From Dehalococcoidia bacterium (GTDB lineage Bacteria; Chloroflexota; Dehalococcoidia; Plut-88900): DNA of 64,000 nt. The notes beneath the pieces are model-generated. The model saw only the letters and a list, made by a program, of their open reading frames with translations. It ran no database searches and was not told where the DNA came from. The stretch lies in the NCBI GenBank assembly GCA_965197585.1, contig OZ240215.1, positions 1,856,001-1,920,000 on the forward strand. The letters run 5' to 3'. Position numbers and translations under genes: made by a program. Position 1 is the first letter of the stretch; every line of letters starts with the position of its first letter. Positions 37,500-47,205 of the stretch are shown here, piece after piece.

Positions 37500-38525
37500 T
37501 TACCCGTGCCCCACTACTTCCTTTGTAACCGGCTTGCAGATTCCCTGCCCCCAAAGAGGCAGGACCATCGAGTGTCCCCCCGCCGGGCCCCCAGCCACGA
37601 AGGTCATAAAGTCTTCCGCCGTGTTCAGGGCAACATCCCCCGCACCCGCCGGCCGCGGGAACACCGCACCCGCCAATGCCCCACTCAGTCCCTTGTCGGG
37701 GGCCAATGCAGGCCGCAGCTCGTTCGCTTTGGTCGCAATGTATTCCTTGACTTCCTGTTTCGACCAGCCGGCCCCGGCTATGATCCCCGCGTGCTCGGGA
37801 CTTATCACTACTATCGCACCGCCATGACAACGCTCGGTCGATGCAATAGTGTGCGCAATCACGTCCAGGATGCTCTCCGGATCATGGTCCCTCTGGTTGA
37901 ACGCCTCCATCGGGTGCCCGACCGGCAGCAGAGTCACCGTGCTCGACTCCAATGAGAAATCATTCTCCACGTGGTAGGGGCTCCAGGGGCTGGCTTCTTC
38001 GTTCTCCCCGAAACACATTGTGTACCGACCCGAATGCCCAAACGTCGACTTATCCGTCACGCCCGGAATCTCCCGGCACACGTTCATCAGAACCAGCCTC
38101 AGAGCTCGCCCGATAGTCGCATTCGCACGCCGTCCGGGTCCCAGCAGGTTCCAACCGCAATTCACGTCTATGTCCGCCCTGACCGGACCGTTTATCACAA
38201 CCATCGCTGCCGAAGCCCCAGTAGTCTCCGCCACCGCCGAGGCATTAAAGCTGGGTTCAAACAACCCCCGTATAGCAGCGACTACCACAGGGGCATACTC
38301 AGGCAGGCACCCGGCCATCACGGCATTGATTGCGACCTTGTCAGCAGTGACCCGCCAGTTCCTGCTGGCCCGAGTACCAAGCACCTCCCCTGCCCCCACA
38401 CCCGATACCTCCAGAAACCGCTCTACAGACTTTGACGTTGGCGGTACAACGGGTAGCCCGTCAGTCAGCCCCTCTCGATAGAAATGCTCTATAACCTCTA
38501 CCGCATCCGATACTGGGTCCGCCAT
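37500..38525 (-). CDS. Conserved hypothetical protein (TDGLPVVPPT family, often linked to UGSC/thioredoxin-like proteins)
   Basis: TDGLPVVPPT, AINAVMAGCLPEY, RANATIGRA and ENEEASPW motifs. Confidence 0.75.
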   Translation of the reverse strand: MADPVSDAVEVIEHFYREGLTDGLPVVPPTSKSVERFLEVSGVGAGEVLGTRASRNWRVTADKVAINAVMAGCLPEYAPVVVAAIRGLFEPSFNASAVAETTGASAAMVVINGPVRADIDVNCGWNLLGPGRRANATIGRALRLVLMNVCREIPGVTDKSTFGHSGRYTMCFGENEEASPWSPYHVENDFSLESSTVTLLPVGHPMEAFNQRDHDPESILDVIAHTIASTERCHGGAIVVISPEHAGIIAGAGWSKQEVKEYIATKANELRPALAPDKGLSGALAGAVFPRPAGAGDVALNTAEDFMTFVAGGPAGGHSMVLPLWGQGICKPVTKEVVGHG

Positions 38526-38964
38526 TGCAACCTCTCTTCCCTCTCATTCCAAGTTCTAAACTTTCTCTGACCCTCGCGACCGCCCGTGCGAAAACCCAAC
38601 CCCCCTGAGTCCGTGTCCTTCCGAGGCTCCCCGCAGTAAGTGGAACATCCGCCTCTGGAGGATCCGCCCGTGGCGGAAGGAATCTAGGACCTACTCACTC
38701 ACACTATACTCACCACACTCCCCATCCCAGACCGATTGATGTTACCCACCCCCCACAACCCGGTCAACCGAACCCCAATTCGAGCAAGCCCTATCGTATG
38801 CAACCTCCAATATGTTAGTATCCAACATCCCTTCTTAGACTCACCCCCTCGTTAAAATAGGGGCACAAAAGTACCGGTTAGTCCCCAATCCCCAAGGTAG
38901 CCACCCAAAGGGTCACCTGAAATAGGTGGACTGCAGTGATAAGGGATCGTCAGGGAGGAATTCA

Positions 38965-40209
38965 ATGAAATTCGGCATATTCACCAATCCGGCCATGCCC
39001 GGCGTAATCCCGGACGGCAAGAAGCTCGCCCCCATCGGACGGAACAACGAGCGTTATCAGGGTCTCCTGGATGAGCTGAAACGCATATGTTTCGCCGCCG
39101 AGGAACTGGGCTTCGACTCCTTCTCCACCACCGAGCACCATTTCCACTCCGAAGGCATTGAGATGTCCGTCGCCCCCCTCCTTCTCTACACCGACCTCGC
39201 TGCCAGAACAAAACGAATAAAGTTCGCTCCCCTCGCCCTAGTCCTTACCACCTGGGACCCTATACGCGCCGCCGAGGAGTTGGCCATTCTTGACCACCTT
39301 ACCAAGGGCCGCATGATGGCCGGATTCGCCCGCGGTTACCAGGACCGTTGGGTCGGCGTTCTGGGCCAGAAATACCGAGTCAAGGGCACCCAGTCAGACA
39401 AGTCCGCCACCAACGAGCGAAACAAAAGACTCTTCGAGGAGAATTGGCAGGTCGTGAAGGCCGCCTGGACCCAGGAAGTCCTCAGCTTCAAGGGCGAGTT
39501 CTACGAAGTCCCGTTCCCCTACGAAGAAGGAATCCAAGGCTGGGCCCTCGACCAGATCACCCGAGAGCGCGGCGCCCCCGGCGAGATCGATGACGAGGGT
39601 GTCATCCGTGGCATCTCCGTAGTCCCGAAACCATACCAATTGCCCTACCCACCCGTTTTTATGGCCTTCTCCCTCAGCGAGTCCAGCATCCGGTTCGCCG
39701 CAAGAGAGGGCATGATCTCCCAGATACAGGTCTCCCGCCCCGCCGACTTCAAACGGCTGTGCCATGTCTATCAGGAAGTGGCCGCCGAGAACGGCAGAGA
39801 TTTGGGGCTCGGGGAGAATGTAGCCGCTCCCCGATACATCTACTTGGGCAAAACCTATGAGGAAGCCCTCGCCCGTGCCGAGAGAACTCTGGGCTGGCAG
39901 TACGACGAATACTTCGGCGCATTCGGGTTCATGGAGGCATTTCGCAACGAAGAGGACCCCGAAGAGCCAAAACCCCTGCGCTTCAAGAATGCCGCCGAGG
40001 TCACCCAACGACTAATCGAGCACCAGTACGCCCTCGTCGGCACCGTTGATGACGTCAAGCGCCAGATGGACTCATTGTCCCGTTGCTATGATGGCGGAAA
40101 CTTGGAATGGTTCTCCTACCAGCTTGACCAGGGCTACATGCCCATAGATGAGGCCATGGACCAGCTGGAGACCTTCGGCACAAAAATCATGCCCGAGTTC
40201 CAAGGCTAA
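38965..40209 (+). CDS. LLM-class flavin-dependent monooxygenase
   Basis: GFDSFSTTEHHFH, PIRAAEELAILDHLTKGR and PKPYQLPYPP motifs; GGGAGG RBS. Confidence 0.92.
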   Translation: MKFGIFTNPAMPGVIPDGKKLAPIGRNNERYQGLLDELKRICFAAEELGFDSFSTTEHHFHSEGIEMSVAPLLLYTDLAARTKRIKFAPLALVLTTWDPIRAAEELAILDHLTKGRMMAGFARGYQDRWVGVLGQKYRVKGTQSDKSATNERNKRLFEENWQVVKAAWTQEVLSFKGEFYEVPFPYEEGIQGWALDQITRERGAPGEIDDEGVIRGISVVPKPYQLPYPPVFMAFSLSESSIRFAAREGMISQIQVSRPADFKRLCHVYQEVAAENGRDLGLGENVAAPRYIYLGKTYEEALARAERTLGWQYDEYFGAFGFMEAFRNEEDPEEPKPLRFKNAAEVTQRLIEHQYALVGTVDDVKRQMDSLSRCYDGGNLEWFSYQLDQGYMPIDEAMDQLETFGTKIMPEFQG

Positions 40210-40290
40210 TCGTCCGTCCGTAACAACTCGGCCGGATTCAAATAGTGCAGATTGGTGCTCTTGTAACCGAAAGGTGGAGGCTCCGATAGC

Positions 40291-41424
40291 ATGACTAAGG
40301 TTGTAGACGCAGACGGCCATATTTTGGAACCGTCCGACCTCTGGGAGAAAAACCTGGAGCCCGAGTACCGCGACCGCCCGATTCGTATCAGGATGGACTC
40401 GGACGGGCTGGAGTATATGGAGCTTGATGGAAAAAAGTCCGTCTGCGTTAGCGGCGGAGGCTTCAACAGCTTCGGTAGCCTGGACGTCGACATTAAGTCT
40501 CTCCGTGAAACCTCCGAAGGAGCCGGTGGCCCGACCTACGAGGAAAGCGTCCCCGAGGGTGCCCGCAACTTTAATGTCCGTCTTGCTTGGATGGACCACC
40601 ATGGCATCGACATTGCGATCGTGTACCCGTCCCTCCTGCTGGGCTGGCAGGACGAGGTCGAAGACCCTGGCCTGGCCTCAGCCTACTGCCGGGTCTACAA
40701 CACCTGGCTCACCGATCTCTGCCGTCCCTACTCTGACCGCATGGTCCCCATCGCTCACGTTGCCCTTCACAACATTGAGGACGCCGTGATCGAGGTGAAT
40801 CGAGCGGCAAAGCTCGGTGCCCGGGGCGTCTACCTGTTCGCCACCCCCGTCTACGATATCCCTTACGGCGACCGCCGCTACGATCCGTTCTGGGAAGCCT
40901 GCCAGGACCTCAACCTGCCCCTGGGTATCCACGTCAGCAACACCCCCAAGCACGCCGGGAATCACCTCTACCAAGGCGGCTTCCACTCCAACTACTGGTG
41001 GTTCAACGTCATGTATAACCAGGACTGCCAGATGGCCTTCACCTCTTTCTTCCAGGGCGGCGTCTTCGAACGGTTCCCCAGATTAAGTGTCGGTGTGGTC
41101 GAGACCGGTTGCGGGTGGATAGCCCATTGGCTCGAACTCCTGGACTCAAAATACAAGATCACCGGCCACCCCGAGCTCAATATGCTCCCCAGCGAGTATT
41201 TCGACCGGCAGGGCTGGATTACCGGAGAGGCCGACGAAAAGACATTCCCCCACATGGCCCAGCTCGTCGGTGCACACAAGCTCATGTTCGGCTCCGACTA
41301 TCCCCACGAAGAAGGCCACGAGGAGCCCGTTGCCGAGCTAAAGGAGACCATCGGGCCCCTTTCGCAGGAAGATCAGGACATGATCCTGGGTGGAAACGCC
41401 TTGAGAATCTACAACCTCGGCTAG
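40291..41424 (+). CDS. Amidohydrolase-2 family protein
   Basis: DADGHILEP, YNTWL, ETGCGW and GSDYPHEEG motifs. Confidence 0.9.
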   Translation: MTKVVDADGHILEPSDLWEKNLEPEYRDRPIRIRMDSDGLEYMELDGKKSVCVSGGGFNSFGSLDVDIKSLRETSEGAGGPTYEESVPEGARNFNVRLAWMDHHGIDIAIVYPSLLLGWQDEVEDPGLASAYCRVYNTWLTDLCRPYSDRMVPIAHVALHNIEDAVIEVNRAAKLGARGVYLFATPVYDIPYGDRRYDPFWEACQDLNLPLGIHVSNTPKHAGNHLYQGGFHSNYWWFNVMYNQDCQMAFTSFFQGGVFERFPRLSVGVVETGCGWIAHWLELLDSKYKITGHPELNMLPSEYFDRQGWITGEADEKTFPHMAQLVGAHKLMFGSDYPHEEGHEEPVAELKETIGPLSQEDQDMILGGNALRIYNLG

Positions 41425-41586
41425 GCCACACACAATCAGCTATAGGCCTACGTTTTTCAGCCTGTATTGTCAGGTTTTTAGGTTAGCTTTATCGACGATA
41501 CCCAAGTAATATCCACTTAGTCTTAAGGGAGCCTGGGACAATTGTCAGGACACTCGTACAATTCTTTCTGACCCGAGAGGAACTAG

Positions 41587-42735
41587 ATGAATAGCCTAGT
41601 CGTCGATGTCGATGGGCATGTCGCCGAGCCCATAACCGAGATCATGGACGAATACCTTGACCCTCAGTTCAAGGATCGCCCACTACGCCTTCTCAACGAC
41701 GAAAACGGCCTCGAATACCTCGAAATTAACGGCAAGAAATCAACCCTTGTTCAGGGAGGCACAGGCCTGGGTGCCGACGCAGGCAAGGCCTTCGGCGCCG
41801 AGGACTACGAGCCCTTCTTCACGCCCGGCGGGGTGCACTACTACGACGGAATGATCCCCGCATCCAATCAGCCCGACGCCCGCGCCGCATGGCACGACCA
41901 GGAAGGCATCCACAAGGCAATTCTCTACCCCACCATCGGCATATCTTGGGAGGACGAGTGCGACGACCCCAAGGTGGCCTCCGCTTACTGCCGAGCCTAC
42001 AACGACTGGATTGTCGACTTCTGTAAGTCCCATCCTGACCGGCACTACCCCATCGCCCACATCCCCACCCTTGATGCCCACGAAGCCGCCGCCGAGGTCC
42101 GGCGCACCGCCGCCTTGGGCGTCAAGGGCTTCATGGTCTACAACACCGCCACCAATGGCATCTACTACGGCAACCCCTACTTCGATCCCCTCTACGAGGC
42201 CGTCGAAGAGTCGGGCCTGCCTCTGGGCAACCACGTCGTCAGCCAGATCAACTATCTCGCCAAGGACCAAAACCGGGCCATCGACACTATGGGCGATGAT
42301 TTCTACTACGTCACCATGGTCATCCCCTTCCAGTCCCAGCTTGCCTTGATCCACATGATCACCGAGGGTGCCTTCGACCGGTTCCCCACAATGAAGTATG
42401 TATTCTTGGAAACGGGCGCTACCTGGCTCGCCTACCTGCTTGAACGATTGGACGACAAGTTCAAGAGCCAGAGCCATTCCACCACCTTCAAGGAGCAGCC
42501 CAGCGATTATTTCCGACGCCAGTGCTGGATCTCTATCGAACCCGAGGAGGAGCTGATACCCAACATCATCGACAAAGTCGGCGCCGACAAATTCTTCTGG
42601 GCCTCAGACTTCCCCCACCACGACGGATTCCCCGGAGTCGTTGGAGCGATAAGAGACCTCCTCAGCCCCCTGTCCACCGAAGACCTAAACAAGGTCATGG
42701 GCCAAAATGCCGTGGACGTATACAACCTGAGATAG
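41587..42735 (+). CDS. Amidohydrolase-2 family protein (tandem paralogue)
   Basis: DVDGHVAEP, YNDW, ETGATW and ASDFPHHDG motifs. Confidence 0.9.
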   Translation: MNSLVVDVDGHVAEPITEIMDEYLDPQFKDRPLRLLNDENGLEYLEINGKKSTLVQGGTGLGADAGKAFGAEDYEPFFTPGGVHYYDGMIPASNQPDARAAWHDQEGIHKAILYPTIGISWEDECDDPKVASAYCRAYNDWIVDFCKSHPDRHYPIAHIPTLDAHEAAAEVRRTAALGVKGFMVYNTATNGIYYGNPYFDPLYEAVEESGLPLGNHVVSQINYLAKDQNRAIDTMGDDFYYVTMVIPFQSQLALIHMITEGAFDRFPTMKYVFLETGATWLAYLLERLDDKFKSQSHSTTFKEQPSDYFRRQCWISIEPEEELIPNIIDKVGADKFFWASDFPHHDGFPGVVGAIRDLLSPLSTEDLNKVMGQNAVDVYNLR

Positions 42736-42761
42736 CTGCACTACGCGGGAATTCCCAAAAA

Positions 42762-43997
42762 ATGTCTGCCGAACAGCACATCGCCAATAGCCCCCCCGAC
42801 AACAACGGTGGCTACCGTCTCGTCTGCCGAAACATCTGGAAAATCTTCGGTGACGACGCCGATAACCTCGTCGGCTCCATAGACCCTTCCATCTCCCGAG
42901 AAGAGCTGCTCGCGCAAACCGGATGCGTCGTCGCGGTCAAAGACGTCTCTTTCGAGGTTCGCGAAGGCGAGACCTTCGTCATCATGGGCCTTTCCGGCAG
43001 CGGCAAGTCCACCTTGGTCCGCTGTCTCAGCCGCCTCATCGAACCCACACGCGGCCACATTCTCATAGACGGCGAGGATGTCCTCGCTATGAACAAGCAG
43101 CAACTCCGGGACATCCGCCGTTACAAGATGGGCATGGTATTCCAGCACTTCGGCAACTTCCCCCACAAGAGAGTCATGGAGAACGTCGTCTATGGCCTGC
43201 AAATCCAGGGCATGGACAAGGCCACCCGCAACAAACGCGCCGCCGATGTCATTGAACTCGTTGGATTGATGGGATGGGAGGAGCGCTACCCCCACGAGTT
43301 GAGCGGCGGAATGCAGCAGCGTGTCGGCCTCGCCCGAGCCCTCGCCGTCGACCCCGAGATCCTCCTCTTCGACGAACCCTTCAGCGCCCTTGACCCCTTA
43401 ATCCGGCGCGAAATGCAGGACCAGCTAATCAAGCTCCAGCAGCTTGTCCAGAAGACCATGGTCTTCATAACGCACGACTTCCTTGAAGCTCTTAAGGTCG
43501 GCGACCGGGTCGCCATTATGAAAGACGGAGAGTTCGTCCAGGTAGGCACACCGGAAGAAGTCGTCTCAGCTCCCACAAACGACTACGTCCGGGACTTCAC
43601 CCGAGACGTCCCACGGTCCAAGGTGCTCACTGCCCGTTCCGTCATGACCCCAACTCGCATCTCCGCTGGCCCAGACGAAATATTGTCCGGCGTCGTAACT
43701 AGGATGAAGGACCAGAATTGCGACTGCGCCGTGGTCGTTGACAATCAGAATCACTTCAGGGGCACGGTGCAGCTGTCCGACATCCCCAGTGGCGCCGCCG
43801 ACAACGCCAGCGTCGCCTCCATAATGCGCGACTCATGCCCCACCGCCCAGCCCGGGACCCGACTTGAGCAGCTCATTCCCTTAGTCATCTCCAACGATGA
43901 TCCCATCGCCGTCCTCGAAGATACCCGGTGCCTCGGAACTATCAGCCGCCAGGCCGCCATGTCTGCCCTAATTAGCGACGATGGGGTGGCCACGTGA
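42762..43997 (+). CDS. proV: Glycine betaine/proline ABC ATPase with CBS domains
   Basis: MGLSGSGKST, LSGGMQQRVGLARAL and DEPFSALDPLIRREMQ motifs. Confidence 0.92.
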   Translation: MSAEQHIANSPPDNNGGYRLVCRNIWKIFGDDADNLVGSIDPSISREELLAQTGCVVAVKDVSFEVREGETFVIMGLSGSGKSTLVRCLSRLIEPTRGHILIDGEDVLAMNKQQLRDIRRYKMGMVFQHFGNFPHKRVMENVVYGLQIQGMDKATRNKRAADVIELVGLMGWEERYPHELSGGMQQRVGLARALAVDPEILLFDEPFSALDPLIRREMQDQLIKLQQLVQKTMVFITHDFLEALKVGDRVAIMKDGEFVQVGTPEEVVSAPTNDYVRDFTRDVPRSKVLTARSVMTPTRISAGPDEILSGVVTRMKDQNCDCAVVVDNQNHFRGTVQLSDIPSGAADNASVASIMRDSCPTAQPGTRLEQLIPLVISNDDPIAVLEDTRCLGTISRQAAMSALISDDGVAT

Positions 43998-45985
43998 TAC
44001 GCGTAGGCGCCCTTCCCACTCAGATACGCCGCGGCGGAGGCCGGTACCGGACCTATTTATGGGCTGCCGCAGCCGTCTCCGCCTACCTTTTGGCCTACTC
44101 CCTCGCCCAAACCAACGCAGGCACCGAATTCGGAGACTGGCCGGAGCGCTGGGAGTTGCCTATTCAGGAACCCATAGACAACTTCTTCGATTGGGTAGGC
44201 GACACCTTCTCATGGTTCTTCAACCCCATCTCCGATGTCATAGATGCAGTCCTGTCCTGGATTGACTCCTTCCTACTCTGGCTCCCTTGGCCCGTGGTAG
44301 TCGCCACTACCGCCTTGGTCGGTTTCAGGCTGGGTGGCAAATGGCTGGGCCTGTTCTGCGGAGCTGCGACCCTGTATATAGGCCTGAACGGCTACTGGGA
44401 CTCCGCGATGCTCACCCTGAGCGTGGTGGCTGTTTCGGTATTGATCGCTGTCGCCTTTGGAGTAACAGTCGGCATCCTGGCCGCCTCCAGCAACCGCTTC
44501 GAGTCAATCGTACGACCCATCCTGGACACCATGCAGGTCCTGCCCGCCTTCGTCTATCTCATTCCCGCCTTGATCTTCTTCGGGGTGAGTGGTACTCAGG
44601 GAGTGTTCCTCACCGTAGTCTATGCGATTCCACCCGTCATCCGGCTCACGAACCTCGGCATCAGGCAAGTGCCGCGCGCCACCATAGAGACTGCCTACTC
44701 CCACGGGTCCACGACGCTTCAGACCCTCTTACAGGTGCAATTGCCCCTCGCTAAAAACTCCATAATGTTAGGCATTAACCAGACCATAATGATGGCCATT
44801 GCTATGGTCATCATAACCGCCCTGGTCGGTGTGTCTGGGTTGGGCAAAGATGTATGGGTCTCGTTGAGGGAAGTCAACGCAGGTGAGGGGTTGGAAAGCG
44901 GCATAGCCATTGTGCTTCTTGCCATCATCCTGGACCGCATCAGCTACGCCCTATCCCAGTCAGGCCCGACTTACTCCCAAATGGACCCCACTGATGCTAG
45001 CCTTTTAGAAGGAACGCTTTCCCAAAGGGTACGGGCGTTATTGGTCCGCTACCCTTACCAATTATTTGGCGTTGCAGTGACAGCCCTCCTTATAGTCGTC
45101 GGCTTGATGGTGCCGTTCCTAAATGAGTTCCCTGACGAAATCACCTTCTCAATGGCCGAGTACATCAACAGTGCTTTCGACTGGATGGCCATTAACCTCC
45201 ACTTCATCACAAGCTGGATACGGGACAGCCTGTTCCGGGAGCTCGGTTTCGCTCCCGTCCACACAATGCTTGTTTGGCTGCCGTGGCCCGCGATGATGGT
45301 CCTTGCAGGCGCACTGGCGTACTTAACTTCGGGATGGCGGGTTTCGCTTCTTGCAGTGTCAGGACTAGCTTTCGCCGGCATCGGCGGGGTTTGGGACGTG
45401 ACCATGGACACCCTGAGCCAAGTTCTGACAGCGGGAGTCTTGACAGTGGTGTTGGGTCTCGCACTGGGAGTCTTCGCCTCTCAGAACAAGACTTTCGAGT
45501 CCATCCTCCGCCCCATCCTGGACACCATGCAGACCATGCCTATTTTCGTCTACCTAATCCCCGTCATCATGCTCTGGGGCATCGGGCCCCTTGTCGGCAT
45601 CATAGCCACCGCCGTATATGCCCTTCCACCCGTGGTCCGTATGACCAGCCTGGGCCTTAAGGAAGTTCCGCCCCAGGTGATAGAAACCGCCCAGTCTCAC
45701 GGTTCCACTGGCCTCCAGACCATGTTGCAAGTGCGGATGCCTCTGGCCTTCCCCACTATAATGATGGGCGTCAACCAGACCATTATCATGGTTCTGGCCA
45801 TGGTAATCATCGCCGGACTTGTGGGAGGGGGCGGCCTCGGACAGGAAGTGTACATCAATTCCATATACCTCAGGATGGGCCATGGCCTTATATCCGGCAT
45901 GACCATCGTATTCATGGCCATGGTTTTGGATCGTATGACCCAGGGCAACCAGGGAACCATGAAAGCGTTTGCTGCAGTGAGATAG
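43994..45985 (+). CDS. proW: Glycine betaine/proline ABC permease with two fused ProW domains
   Basis: RPILDTMQ..P.FVYLIP and GxNQTI motifs each occur twice. Confidence 0.9.
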   Translation: MIRVGALPTQIRRGGGRYRTYLWAAAAVSAYLLAYSLAQTNAGTEFGDWPERWELPIQEPIDNFFDWVGDTFSWFFNPISDVIDAVLSWIDSFLLWLPWPVVVATTALVGFRLGGKWLGLFCGAATLYIGLNGYWDSAMLTLSVVAVSVLIAVAFGVTVGILAASSNRFESIVRPILDTMQVLPAFVYLIPALIFFGVSGTQGVFLTVVYAIPPVIRLTNLGIRQVPRATIETAYSHGSTTLQTLLQVQLPLAKNSIMLGINQTIMMAIAMVIITALVGVSGLGKDVWVSLREVNAGEGLESGIAIVLLAIILDRISYALSQSGPTYSQMDPTDASLLEGTLSQRVRALLVRYPYQLFGVAVTALLIVVGLMVPFLNEFPDEITFSMAEYINSAFDWMAINLHFITSWIRDSLFRELGFAPVHTMLVWLPWPAMMVLAGALAYLTSGWRVSLLAVSGLAFAGIGGVWDVTMDTLSQVLTAGVLTVVLGLALGVFASQNKTFESILRPILDTMQTMPIFVYLIPVIMLWGIGPLVGIIATAVYALPPVVRMTSLGLKEVPPQVIETAQSHGSTGLQTMLQVRMPLAFPTIMMGVNQTIIMVLAMVIIAGLVGGGGLGQEVYINSIYLRMGHGLISGMTIVFMAMVLDRMTQGNQGTMKAFAAVR

Positions 45986-46103
45986 TAAAGTTTTATCATG
46001 AGGCCCTGTAGGCCATCAAAGGAGCGGTGCCTATGAGAGAATAGCTTCCACCTCTAAGTTCGGAACATCACTTTAACCTCCCAACACGGAAGGGAGAAAC
46101 GAA

Positions 46104-47102
46104 ATGAAAAAAGTTAATTCTAGATGGATAGGTCTCTCGGTGGCCTTGGCACTCATCATCGTCCTCGCGGTGGGACTGGCTTGCGGCGGAGTGGATTCGG
46201 AGGAAGATGGATCCAAGGGAACCATATTCCTGGTAGACCAGGACTGGAACGGCCAACTCGTACTGACAGCTGTAGCACAAATCCTATTGGAGCAGGAAAT
46301 GGGCTACAGTGTTGCGACCAAGTTCTCTCCCGCGGACTCCGCACACCTATTCACTGGCCTGCAAGACGGAGACTTCCACTTCGTGTGTTGCAACTGGCCC
46401 TCCTACAGTGCAGAATTGCTTGATGAATTCGTGAATGAAGACGGCAAGGAATCCGTGGAGCGCCTGGGACTGGTGGGCATCAGTGGTGATAGCGGCTGGT
46501 ACGTTCCCTCCTACGTCATAAATGGTGACTCCTCCCGCGGTATCGCAGCAGTCGCCCCTGATCTCCGCACCGTCGAACAGCTTAACCAGTACAAGTCTGT
46601 CTTCGCCACGAGCGACACCGGTGAGAGTGGAAGACTTCTGGAGTTTACGCCGGCCTGGGACACCAGAGGCGAGGAACGGCTGGAAGCTTTCGGAGCAGAC
46701 TATCAGGTCATCTTTGCCGGTTCAGAAGCCGCTGCCTTGGCAGAATTGGATGCCGCCTTTACACGCGGCGACCCTGTCCTTACTTACCTCTGGGAACCCC
46801 ATTGGGCTCATGTGACATACGACCTCGTACAAGTCGAGATGCCTGAATGGACACCGGATTGCTATCCTGACGGCGATGATTTCGGCTGCGGTTTCCCCAG
46901 CGACCCTGTTGCCAAGCTTGTTTGGCCGGGCCTCAAGGACGAATTCCCTGATGCCTATGCGTTCCTTTCAAACTTCCAGTTGACCAATGCACAGCAGACT
47001 GCGATTGTCCTCAACCATGAGGAAAACGATCTCACCGTTCGCGGCGCCGCCCAAGAATGGGTAGACGCCAATGAGGACATCTGGCAAGAGTGGATTCCCT
47101 AG
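46104..47102 (+). CDS. proX: Glycine betaine-type ABC substrate-binding lipoprotein
   Basis: GLAC lipobox, GWYVPSYV and YLWEPHW motifs; operon context. Confidence 0.85.
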   Translation: MKKVNSRWIGLSVALALIIVLAVGLACGGVDSEEDGSKGTIFLVDQDWNGQLVLTAVAQILLEQEMGYSVATKFSPADSAHLFTGLQDGDFHFVCCNWPSYSAELLDEFVNEDGKESVERLGLVGISGDSGWYVPSYVINGDSSRGIAAVAPDLRTVEQLNQYKSVFATSDTGESGRLLEFTPAWDTRGEERLEAFGADYQVIFAGSEAAALAELDAAFTRGDPVLTYLWEPHWAHVTYDLVQVEMPEWTPDCYPDGDDFGCGFPSDPVAKLVWPGLKDEFPDAYAFLSNFQLTNAQQTAIVLNHEENDLTVRGAAQEWVDANEDIWQEWIP

Positions 47103-47163
47103 ACACCAGGCTTTCGTTCTAATCGCCGAAACTGGTCCCATTCCAAACTTGGAATCATAGGTC

Positions 47164-47188
47164 ACGGGAGGGTTTAACCCCTCCCGTG
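47164..47188. terminator. Hairpin after proX (possible terminator)
   Basis: cacgggaggg-tttaac-ccctcccgtg stem; no clear U-tract. Confidence 0.45.
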
Positions 47189-47205
47189 GCCCGACTCGCA
47201 GAGGG

